A model generated the notes under the pieces. The model ran no database searches. It saw only the letters and a program-made list of their open reading frames with translations, and was not told the origin of the DNA. From assembly GCF_964204645.1 (NCBI RefSeq), contig NC_134028.1, forward strand, positions 19,041,653 to 19,105,652: a DNA stretch of 64,000 nucleotides, in the 5' to 3' direction. The first letter of the stretch is position 1. Each line of letters begins with the position of its first letter. This DNA comes from Tubulanus polymorphus. Lineage: Eukaryota; Animalia; Nemertea. Shown piece by piece: positions 51,396-62,299 of the stretch. The position numbers and the translations under genes were made by a program.

Positions 51396-51900
51396 GAAAA
51401 TCTTGTTTGAATGAAAATAATTCTTTGATCGAACAATACGCTTTTTGTTTGAACCAAAACTTTTCTTCATTTTGACAAAAAATGTGTTCGAATAAAAAGC
51501 TATGTTATTGTTGAAATGAAAAACTGTTTGTCCCGGCAAAAAAATTTGGTTGAGCGAAAACAATTTTTTAGAACGAATGTTTGAATGTAAACAATTCTGT
51601 TCGATTGAACGAAATACTTAATACTTTTGGTTCGGAGAAAAAACTTCTTACAATATACTTGTTCGAACGAAAAACTTAATGTTCTGACAAGAAAATTCTG
51701 TTCAAATTAAAACGATTCTGTTCGATCGAACGATTGTTCGAACGAAAAACCTTTCGTTTGGACAAAAAAAGTTTGTTCAACTTTGTTCTAACGATTTTTT
51801 CAAATTGGTTCAATCGAACAGAATATTATTGGTTCGAACGAAATAAATTTTGTTCCGACGAAAGATTTTCAAGCGAAAGGCCTTTTGAACGAGAAAAAAG
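51396..51900. repeat. Degenerate short-motif repeat region (GTTCGAACGAA-like)
   Basis: Recurrent TGTTCGA(T/A)CGAAC and AAAAACTTAATGTTC motifs. Confidence 0.6.
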
Positions 51901-51927
51901 ATATTTCTAGGGCTCCGCAGTAACTAA

Positions 51928-52184
51928 AAGCTGGACGTAGGTCAGCCTTGTGACGCGATGCAATCCTCGCGTTGCATTGCAAGTTTCGGTGCAAGTTGCT
52001 TGTGATACGATTGTCAGCGACTGTGTGCGACTAGTTTCTGCCGGTCGCAAGAGCACGTAGGTCGCAACCCGTCACAAGGGAGTGTAGGTCAATGAGTCGT
52101 TGCGACACAATCGTCGCTGGCGGTCGCAGTGAATTGCGTCGCAGTGAGTCACTAGCCGTCGCAAGGCCGACCTACGCCCGGCCT
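51928..52184. mobile_element. MITE, probably PIF/Harbinger-like
   Basis: Imperfect about 28-bp TIR AGCTGGACGTAGGTCAGCCTTGTGACG / CGTCGCAAGGCCGACCTACGCCCGGCC. TAA at or next to both flanks. Internal GTCGCA repeats. Confidence 0.7.
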
Positions 52185-53061
52185 AAGTCATTAGGAATTA
52201 ATGAAATACCAGTTTCATTTATGATGAAAAAACTCAAATGAAAAGTCTGGCTTATAAAGTTGTCTGTTCAGGCGAAATTTTCAAAAAAATCTTCATTTTT
52301 GCCAATAAAATTGATAATTGTGATTGATCGTTGCAAGTCAGAACCAGTTAATCACTAATTAACATGCATTTTAATAATCAGATTGCTCCTTTACAGTGAA
52401 CTTAGCTTTTACCTCGTAGAGGCTACTAGGGTATGTAGGCCTATGTATATGCGTAGGCCTAACATCCGGACAGATTGGTCGTAGGCCTATGGAATAACAA
52501 CCATCCTAAATATCGTAAATTTTGTTTTGAAGTTCAATCCAATGAGTCCGTTAATAAAAGCAACAATTATACTGTGTTTGTTTGAGACAGTAAAGCTCAG
52601 TGCCGGTAGGCCTAAAGCCTTAAGGTCGCGTAAAACTCGATAAACACTTCAAGCGACACAGCGAACGATCTCCTTTCCCCCACAGCGAATGCTAACTCCG
52701 AATGTCAAGTGTGAGTCCATCATACGGATAGGAATGTGTTATATACTTGTATTTAGTAAATACCTAGTGCATTTGACAATGATCGGTATGTACTGTAGGA
52801 AATATAGAGTATTGATATTGATATAGAGGTTGAGGCCCGCGGCCGAATAAAGTAATATATTCTTCTATTTTGATACCTCATCGACACAACAGCTTTTCTC
52901 CGCTATATCTCTTCGGCGTGTGTAGTTTAGGCCTACGACTCCCCGGTACACTAATGATTATCTTAGTAAATACACGGTTAATTTGGTAAAGAAAAATAGG
53001 TATTGTTAAACTAACTGCTTGAAGCCCGTGGCCAAATCACTGGTAGTAATAAATTAATTTG

Positions 53062-54000
53062 GACGACCACGGCATGGCTTACCCTTCTTTACCAGAGCCT
53101 GGGTGAGGGTGGCTTGGAATACTTTCATGGGCATGGTCTTCATTATGCCAAGTAAGTTACAATCTCGCCTGTACAAAAACCAAGAATTCACAACTGCCAA
53201 GGTGACAGTGTGGTAAAAGATATACAGATACCATCTTTTACTCTTCAACTGTCGCTTATACAGAGATGACAACATGTCAAGCAAATCTACTCCACCCATG
53301 CTCTGGTTATAGAGTTTGATTATGGCAGGACGGTTTACCTACACATGAGTTTTGCTGGACTTGTTATATCGCTGAACCTGCTCGACCGGGTCTTTTCCAG
53401 CATATATGGAAATAAGCCTCACGACCTTGCTGTCTAACCAGCACACGAGAGACAGGTTTCTGGTCTTCTCGTACACAGCGGAAATGGCTCCACGTCCCAT
53501 TACTTTCAAATCTTTCTCGGATTTTAGCGGCGCATTGTGCACACGGTTTGCTGAATTGTACCTGTGTACTGAAGACCCCGTCGAGCAAGTTCAGCTGCCA
53601 TTTCAAAGTTGGAAAAATAATTGTCTGCAAAGACCTTGTATGGTATATTTGGTGGTAGTGACTGACACATCTGCAAGACAACATTACCGCCAAGGCCACA
53701 GTGTGGCAGATCATCGATACCAATGCCAGTGCCCTTGCCTTGGTATACAGCGAAATCGTGGAGGAAACCAGATGCACTACAGCGCCCCTACAATTTAAAG
53801 CCCCATTTTTTCGTTTTTTTTGGCATGTACTGCTTACAAATTGACCTTCCTTTGAAGGCGACCATAATCTCTTCTATGCTTTGGTTTTCATCATCATTAC
53901 TGACCGAAAGAAAATTTTTCCACTGTGATTCTAACCACGGACGGAGTTTCCATATCCGATCAGCTTTTTTATCATCTTCTGTGGCAAGATTGTTATCGGG
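53062..54000 (-). pseudogene. piggyBac transposase fragment, element F
   Basis: IWKLRPWL, AFKGRSICKQYMPKKTKKWGFKL, FADNYF-like and MGGVDLLDML motifs. A piggyBac-type terminus GAAGGG|TTAA lies at 54055-54064. Confidence 0.85.
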
Positions 54001-54269
54001 AGCCGGGAGTAGCATTTGATGAAAAAATATTCCCGATCATCGGGAAAACACTCGGAAGGGTTAACTATCTCTAAAAGCAGCTTGGTCTCAACAGGCTTAA
54101 CCATAAGTCATGCAACTTTTTTAAACTCAATATCTCCACACCTGATCGGCACAGATGCACCAAATTGCTACCAAAGGTTAAACAAAACATGAAGTCTTCA
54201 AATTTATATAACATTACCTTTTATATCTTGATTTAAACTTTTTACAGAATGTTTAAGTGTGATTGCCAT

Positions 54270-54695
54270 TTTGCCTCCATTCCAATTTTTTCCACCTTAA
54301 TGTTTCTTATCTCAATGATTATGTTTCTCTTTAATTGTTCAATAGTTTTTGGTGTGTTCCGGTAAACCCTGTCCTTTAGAGAGAAAATAATCCAATGTGT
54401 TCGCATTGGGAGAGCAGACTGGCCAGTTCACTGGAGATCTCCAACTCAGTACTTGTACGCCAACTCAACCATGCACCAAAGTTAATGACTTCTCTGCAGT
54501 GTGAGGAGAAGCTCTATCCTGTTGGAACCAATGCGATTCAATACTCTGTTTGTCATAATTTCTTCTCGATGATGACATAAAGTATGTGGTGATCATGTGC
54601 CTATACAGTCTTCCATTCATGGTTACGGCTTTCCTATCATCATCCTAAAAGAAATATTGGCCAATTATTCCGTCCCAGCTCAATGCACACCACCA
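54270..54695 (-). pseudogene. Degenerate Tc1/mariner transposase fragment
   Basis: WCALSWDGIIGQYFF, VTMNGRLY, QQDRASPHTA and RVYRNTPKTIEQLKRNI. Confidence 0.65.
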
Positions 54696-55118
54696 AAAAA
54701 TCATAAAGACTAGTCTTTTTGAAAGAATAAGTTGAAATGCAAGACTAGACCACAGTTTGACTAACCGGCACACTAACCACGATTTCGTGCGGCCTCTTAT
54801 TTTTAGCTGGTTAGCGTAACCACAGATAAGCCACTAACCACGGTTAGGCTAACAGGGTTTTCCTGTGCCCGCCCCTGGTTGTGACGCTCCTTGTTATATG
54901 CAACTGCAACCCTGTAATAAACTTTACAGGCATTTCATCCATGCTATATCTTTTTGTATTTTAGTCAAAGCAATGGCAAAATTAGTTGAAATGCAACAAG
55001 CAAGGCTTGTTATAGGCCTATTTCATTATTTGATTCCAAAATTGGGTATATTTAAACCTGTTGTCAGTTGAAGTTGTCAATGCATTGGTATATAGAAATA
55101 TGACAGTTATCTTTTAGG

Positions 55119-55373
55119 ATGAATTCAACACAGGAACAGGTGCGATTGAAAAAGAAGGGCTATGATTTTTGGCGGACAGATTTGAGCGGTGCAAAGTACG
55201 TTGTCGCTCCAATGGTTGATCAGAGTGAGTTAGCTTGGAGATTATTAAGTAAAAGATATGGTGCTGAATTATGCTACACTCCGATGATTCATGCTTCGGT
55301 TTTTATAAGAGATGAACATTACAGAAAGGAGTCGATGATGTCTTGTTCAGCTGACCGACCACTTATTGTCCAG
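55119..55373 (+). CDS. DUS1L: tRNA-dihydrouridine(16/17) synthase 1-like, coding exon 1
   Basis: [29 protein letters not shown]...DRPLIVQ. Acceptor TTTTAG at 55112-55117, donor GT at 55374. Confidence 0.95.
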
Positions 55374-56691
55374 GTTTGTATTAGATATGCTTAGATGTTT
55401 TTATTTCTCTGAAACAGTAGTATTTAATTATCTTCTCAATCCCAAGGCAACAACTACACTGATTCTACTAAATCTTCCAGCTTTCCGGTGGATGAAAATC
55501 ATATCTAAAATATTTCTGAAACGTTGACCTCTGTTTCATTGTTCTCTATGTTGGACAAACAATTTTTAGCCCAGTTTTAGGTTAAAATAGCTTATTAGGT
55601 ATTAAGTATTAATAATTAGTCGTCAAAATAGCTTCTCTTCAGTGATCCATACATACACATATTGCAGTTCGTCCCAAAATTGTTCCAACTAGAAAATTCT
55701 TAAGTTGAAGAAAACACTTATTCGCTGGGCATCTGAATCACACTTATTCGCTGGGCATGCAAATTGAAGTTGCATCTCTCTTAGATTTTCGAGCTGTATC
55801 ACTGTACAGATGTATAGCCATGATAGCGCAACTCCCTTTTGGCTTCAATGCCTCTGGCTTACAGTTGTCAATGTGCTAAACAGTTGGATGACTTCTTACA
55901 GTTATTTCACTGCAACATCTACATTGTTTCATCACATGGCCTTGGCGTAGGCATCTAAGCACAACCTTGTTGATCACAAAAAGTCTCGACTTATGGTAAA
56001 TCAGACTTCTTTAGAAACATGTCACAGTCACAGTTAAGTTCCAATGACTGTGATGTAACTCCAACCAACGATTGCTTCATAATGTGGTTAGGATCCAATA
56101 ATCCAACAGGAGGGACTGATTCACTTTTTCAATATCTCTCTTGGCCATTTTGTTAACGTAACAAAAAACATGATCCTTGGAACAACAAATCCAACGCAAA
56201 AAACTATACAAAGCAAATAGTTTTAGATGTTTCAATATTGTAACATCGACAGTACAGCGAATGATAAAGATTACCTACTGAGAAAAAAGCAACATGCAAT
56301 GTAGGTTTTACATCTAAACAGGCAGCTACACAACAAGTACATCGCTAAACTGAACATCTCCTTTGAATAGATAATTGAAAATGTAATGTGCTGGATGAGA
56401 GTTCCATTCAATTTAACTGTCAGTCAATTTTTCGACAATTCCCTTATATGAAAAAAATATCTCCATGCTTAGATTAGTATACAAATGTATACTGAAATCA
56501 TCACAGGCAGTATAGGGAATGAAATTTAGTATGTTTTGGCTTTATTTAGGCTAGCATGGGTGTATGCTGGAGGTGATGTAATACGGCTGGTCCATTTGTT
56601 GGCAAATATTCGTTGATGGATTAAAAGGGGGTTTTATAACGATTTCTAACCAGAATTATCTGTAAATCTTATTTACAAAACTTATTTACAG

Positions 56692-56851
56692 TTTTGTGCC
56701 AATGAACCAGAAATCCTACTAAAAGCAGCAAAGTTAGCTGAGCCATTTTGTGAAGCTGTCGATCTAAATCTCGGCTGTCCACAAGCCATTGCTAAAAGAG
56801 GTCACTATGGTGTATTCCTGCAAGACGAGTGGGAGCTTCTTCATAAAATGA
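56692..56851 (+). CDS. DUS1L: DUS1L coding exon 2
   Basis: [53 protein letters not shown] (catalytic NxGCP). Acceptor TTTACAG, phase-1 donor GT at 56852. Confidence 0.95.
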
Positions 56852-57200
56852 GTAAAGTATCCTATTTATCTTACAATGCTCTCCTAAAATTATCCCAGTG
56901 CACACACCTACACGGGCATGACGACCGTTAATGCAGGACAAAGACCGAGTTTTTGAGCCTTGCGATCGATATACGTAGTTTTATTGGTGTTGGTGAATTG
57001 ACATGTACTCTGCGACATGTGGCTGCACTTCCCTTAAGAACCCATGTCCAGATATCACTTGAGACCCATATTTTATCTAAAGATTTAATCAAGGACTATT
57101 AAGATTGTCCTTTTAATAGAATTTGCATCCTTTCTCATTACCAGACTCCAAAACTTGGTTGCCAACTCTGGACATGTACCTGTATTATTTTCTTTTCTAG

Positions 57201-57313
57201 TAAGTCTATGCAATGAGCAGTTAAATGTTCCAATTACTTGTAAAATAAGAGTATTTCATGATATAAAGAAGACAGTAAAATATGCTCAAATGTTAGAGTC
57301 TGCAGGATGTCAG
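57201..57313 (+). CDS. DUS1L: DUS1L coding exon 3
   Basis: (I)[37 protein letters not shown]. Acceptor TTTTCTAG, donor GTTAGT. Phases match exon 2. Confidence 0.95.
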
Positions 57314-58439
57314 GTTAGTGTATGTCTTTTTAATTTCATTATTAATGTAGTTCTCGGTACAAGTGGGTCAACACTATCTTTGTTACATCTATGAAGTGAG
57401 CAAAAATTTTTAAAACAAAAATTAACAGATAGATTCAAAAAATTTTGTCAGCTTTCTTTTGTTCACTGGTTTAGAAAAAAATATCCGCTAAATTTCCTTC
57501 TGAGGTAACATACTTCAATACAACTTTACCGCTACGTACTTCATCCCTAATGAAATGGTAAGGAATGTCTATGTGCTTCAAGCGCTGGTGTTGTACTGGA
57601 TTATTGGCCCCATACAATAAAGTTGGACTAACTTCGTCTCCAAAATTAAAATCTTTTAGAAGATGAGTCAAAAATTTGGATTCCTGCACAGCCGCAGCAA
57701 GCGCCATATATTCGGCTTCACACGTCGACAATGCGACGGTCTGCTGTTTTCTACTCTTCCATGATACAGGCCCACTCTCATGGGCTAAACTAAAGCAATA
57801 TCCGGTTATACTGCGTCTGTCTGAGGACGCTGCCCAATGGGCGTCTGAAACCAACTAAGCAAATCTCTTTACACTTCTTAAAATTCAAACATTTATACAA
57901 CTCCCTGTCAATGGGGGCATTCGGGTACGCAGATTTAACATCCATTTGGTGGACTACCAAGTCATGTTGCACAGCTAGCTGTATGAGCACTCTAACTGAC
58001 GTTAAACGTGCAGTTTGGGAAAACATCTCACCAAAATCTATTCCAGCAACTTGCAAGTAACCTTTCGCAACAAAACGTGCCTTGTATTGTTTCTGCCCAT
58101 TGGCATCACTCTTGATTGCGTATACCCGGCGACCCCCCACTACTTGACGGTCTTCTGGAACTGTTGATAACTCGAAAGTAGCCTCTACAAATTACCTGGA
58201 GTATGAGACATATAATAACAATAATCAATATTCATACAAGAAGTGGCATTTACATAATCATTATCTTCATTGTCACTTAAAACATAGTCTTGAAGATAGG
58301 AAGGTTTGCGACTTTCCCTTTTGGGATATTTACGATCAGTGTTTTGATCACTACTATTTGTTACGTCAGATTTTTCGACAGTAGTTTCCTCACTGGGATT
58401 TGAATTTTCAACATCTGCTTCATTACTACTCAGAAGTGC

Positions 58440-59880
58440 CTACGGGCGGCTAGAAACAATTCTTTGTGAACTGTGAGTCTAGTACTCTTCCATTTACGCT
58501 CCGCACATTTTCATCATGGACTTTGTGCCTTACATTTCACACATTTTGCATCATGGACTTTGTCGTGATCCTCGTCGAGACAAACGTAAGGTTACACGCT
58601 TGATTTTAACCGGAGCATGTTGATCGAGAGCAGCGCCTAACTCCAGATTGAAATATGTGAGACAATCAGTGACGTCGGTGAATTGGGAAATACCATCATT
58701 TATGACTGATAGGCGTGCTTTGAAAGAATCAGTGTCAATGTCCTGAAGCTTCCTGGTAGGTAGAGTGGCATGAGTTAATATCAGCTTAGGCTGCCGTAGA
58801 CCACAGACCACAAGGTTGTAATCGGATACCAATTCACCGACACTCAACGACCGAAGAAAATTGGCGTCACTTCTCGTTATAACCACATCCAGAATATGAC
58901 CAGCTCAATGTGTCGGTTTAGACAAATGCTGAGAGAGTGCAAAAGTATCCAGAATGTCGGAGAACTGCTTTGAATCAGGCAATGCAGGTTTGTACAAATG
59001 AAAGTTTATATCGCCAACTATAACTATGTCGTCGGTGGTACTCAACAGAGACTGCAGGAGTTCAGTCAACTCAACGAAGAATTTAGCAATGGTCAGTTTA
59101 TTAGCACGAGAAGGTGGTGGTCGATAAATCACGATACATCTAAGCCGATTTTCAGTCAGGCAAATCTGCAGCTGCATCACTTCAAAGGTTATAATTGAGT
59201 CCGATTTGAGTATTTTGACTGAACTGGATGTGCCTTTGATGAGAACACCAACACCACCATAACCTTTGTTCCCAGCAGGCGGTAGCTTGTGAATCTTAAA
59301 TCCATCTCTGTTAAGGGCTTTGACGAAATATTCATCCTTAGCAGAATTTGTTAACCATGTTTCAGTCAGGCAGAGAATGTCGAGGTTATTTTCAATTACG
59401 CTATCCCAGATGTTGTCAATTTTATTTCTGACTGACCTACAGTTTAGTAGCCCCTAAGGTCAAGTGACGTTTTCCACCATGGTGGTTTCGCCTGGTTGAT
59501 GGTCGTTTATATATGCTTAATGATCTAAGTTTGTCCCTGAGTGCACTGTGCATGACTGATTTGATATTGATGAGCGACTTGACAGTTGTATAGTCCATTT
59601 CGATACCAGCTTGACTTGGTTGATTCATAACCGTGCATGGATGATCGTCTATCTCTATGTATAGTAGTCCACACAGAATAAACTTTAATAGTTTCCAGAA
59701 TTTAAATCCAGTCAAAATCACCATATCCATTTTATTCAAGCAGTGCTAATTGTCACCAAGATGAAATCCACTGATAGTTACATATTCATACAATTGTCCA
59801 GCAGTGAACTAGATATATTACTGGAGGAAAACTTGAGTTTAGATAGAGCAGACAGGAGCAGCAAATTAAGCGCTCACTAG
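58440..59880 (-). mobile_element. L2/CR1-group LINE 5' part (AP endonuclease) nested in copia
   Basis: LLNCRSVRNK, LCLTETWL, GGVGVLI, VIYRPP, IVGDINFH, PTH.AGHILDVVIT and SDYNLV. No RT follows. Confidence 0.85.
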
Positions 59881-61994
59881 CGACCTCTATCAATTGTTAT
59901 GAGGCTTATACACTAAATAGGCAGGACTTGTCCTGTCGTACCCGACAAAAATACCTTGTTCACAACTGTCATCTAATTTTGACTTGTTTTGGGTATAAGC
60001 GTAACACGTACGACCAAAAGTGTGCATGTGGCTCAAGTTTGGCTGCCTGCCAAGAAGCGCCTCATATGGAGTTTTCTTCAGACGAGTGTTAAAACACCTG
60101 TTCGTTATGTACGCTGCTGTTAGAACAGCCTACGTCCACAGTTGTTATGGTAATTTAGCCTCTAATAGGAGACATCTCACCATTTTGAAAAGTGACCTCC
60201 ATGACATCTCAGCCGTGCCATTTAGGTGAGGTGCGGACTTTTCATGTTTTTATCTGTTTTTCTATCAACAAGGATTCAAATTCCTTGGAAATGAATTCCC
60301 CGCCACCATCACTCCTTACACTTTTAACTATATTCACCTTCCCATATGGGGCTATGTCGGCTAAAAAGGTTCTAAATGCATGTAAAGCATCAGCTTTCTT
60401 CTTAATAAAATACACTGACACTACATTAGAATAATCATCTACACAGCATAAGGCGTATTGAAACCTTTATCATCAACTGGTTTGATTGGCCCTGCCAAAT
60501 CACAATGTATTAGGTTAAACGGGGCTTTTGCTCTTTCATTTGGTGCACGATTTCTAGACTGAGGCATTTTTCCTAGTACACATTCTTTACATTTAAAATC
60601 TCTTTTAGGACCTGTAATTTTCATACCTTTGACCACTTTCTCTAACCTAATTATATCGGGTACATTACAATGCCCATGAATACAGTGCCATTCACATAAA
60701 CTATGTGCTTCTTTTTCGCAGGAGATGGTATTATACATAAAATACAGACGACCATGTTTTCTGAAATTAAAAAAAGTACCATCTTTAGCAGTAAGATTAC
60801 CAGAATCTGAATAAAAATTCACCTTTGCACCTTGTCCAGTTGCCGCCTGGACCGAAAAAATATTTTGTTTAAATTTGGGCATAAACAGAGTTCTTTCTAA
60901 TATAACTTTATGCGTGTTTGCGTGTGAGTCGGTCAGGGAAACCTGCCCATTTCCCCTTTTAAGCTCTATATTGTTCTTTCTAGTTCCGTCTGCTAGCTCG
61001 ATGAAATGTTCCGCTGGTTTAAAGTTATCATCGAATGAAAGAAATTTTGTCTCGTCGTTCAGGATATGAGTGGTGGCACCACAATCCACGAGTAAACTGT
61101 TATTACCAGAATTTATTGTATACCCGCTGTTGTTATCGGAGTTCACACTAAAAATGAACGAGTTTTTATCGCTGTTGTTTCCGAATACGAATTTAGCTGC
61201 ATCGTGACCTTGTCCTCATTGTAGTTTCCTACAGAAATTAGTATCATGTGTATCGCTTGCAGTATTCGCACCATCGCCGTGGTCTGTTTTGTTTACAATC
61301 TTTCGCAATGTGACCTGGTTTATGACATCGATAACTTTCAACCTGACAGCCACTTTTAACTCTACGATTCTGTGGCCTACCCCTCGCACTGCTGTGGTAG
61401 TTTGTAGTATTATTTACATGTAACACGCTGTCATCATATGCACTCAATTGTGATTGAGCTTTATTCATTTCGGCAAAGTTTTTCAACGCAACTTTAAATT
61501 CTGCGAAAGAAATCACAACTTTTTGATTAATAACCGTTGTAAACGGCTTAAATTCTTCGGGTAAACCTTTAATGATCATTGCCACTAGTAAACTATCGCT
61601 TATGTTCTCTTCAGCAGACTTAAGGAACGCAGCAGCTGTTTCAGCTCTTAAAACATAATCAGTCGTGCTCTCATCGGCACTCATCTTCAGAGAGTTCATG
61701 GTATAAACTAATTATTTTAGGCTTACCCTTTGATAGGTAATGTTCACGTAGAGTTGAAAGTCCTTTTTCACCATTGTCTTTTGCATCGCACATAATTAGG
61801 GATAACGAGCGATCATCGAGGCATTGTACGAGCTCGGCGTATGCTTCAGCCTTCTTATTCACGAGCTGCTCGCCCACGAGTTGTGATCTTCCGGTCACCA
61901 CATCGTGCATTTTCTGGATTCTTATATATCCTAAGAATTTGGTTTCCCATAACTCATACTTGCGCTCATCACCATCATATACAGGTGCTCGAGA

Positions 61995-62009
61995 CCTGGG
62001 CCCATAACC
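61995..62009 (-). promoter_or_regulatory. Primer-binding site complementary to the internal (anticodon) region of tRNA-iMet
   Basis: GGTTATGGGCCCAGG directly after the LTR end CAACA. This matches the half-tRNA-type PBS of Drosophila copia. Confidence 0.85.
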
Positions 62010-62299
62010 TGTTGCCATTTTCGGGGGATCTCGATGGATGATGACGGAATAGAGACTGGCTTCCATTGTGATAAAACAACCTTGAGAGCCTTTTTATTGT
62101 GTAGCTAAACTACATAACTACATAATCAAATAGATGGCAGCACTGTCCATATTTCTTTACAGGGTGCAGCAAAACTAAATACAAACAATAAATCTAGCTA
62201 GGGTACATATTTTGACAGTAGGGTTGTGTTACCTTGTGTTGTGTCTTGTATAAGGGCACATTTTCCACCACCTGGCTTAGAAGAGGACTTTAAATTTAA

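Larger units (their letters stand above)
57440..62217 (-). mobile_element. Ty1/copia LTR retrotransposon (degenerate, 3' LTR not found), antisense and downstream of DUS1L exon 3
   Basis: 5' LTR 62010-62217, PBS, gag with zinc knuckle (61244-62018), protease VDCGATTH, GAG-pre-integrase HCIHGH...CKEC, integrase, RT (YKARFVAKG, HQMDVKSAY) and RNase H (SWKSRKQQTVALSTCEAEY, LADIF). Confidence 0.93.

Noticed and set aside
54865-55071. Upstream coding exon of DUS1L
   Set aside because: No similarity to DUS1 proteins. The conserved N-terminus begins in the 55119 exon.
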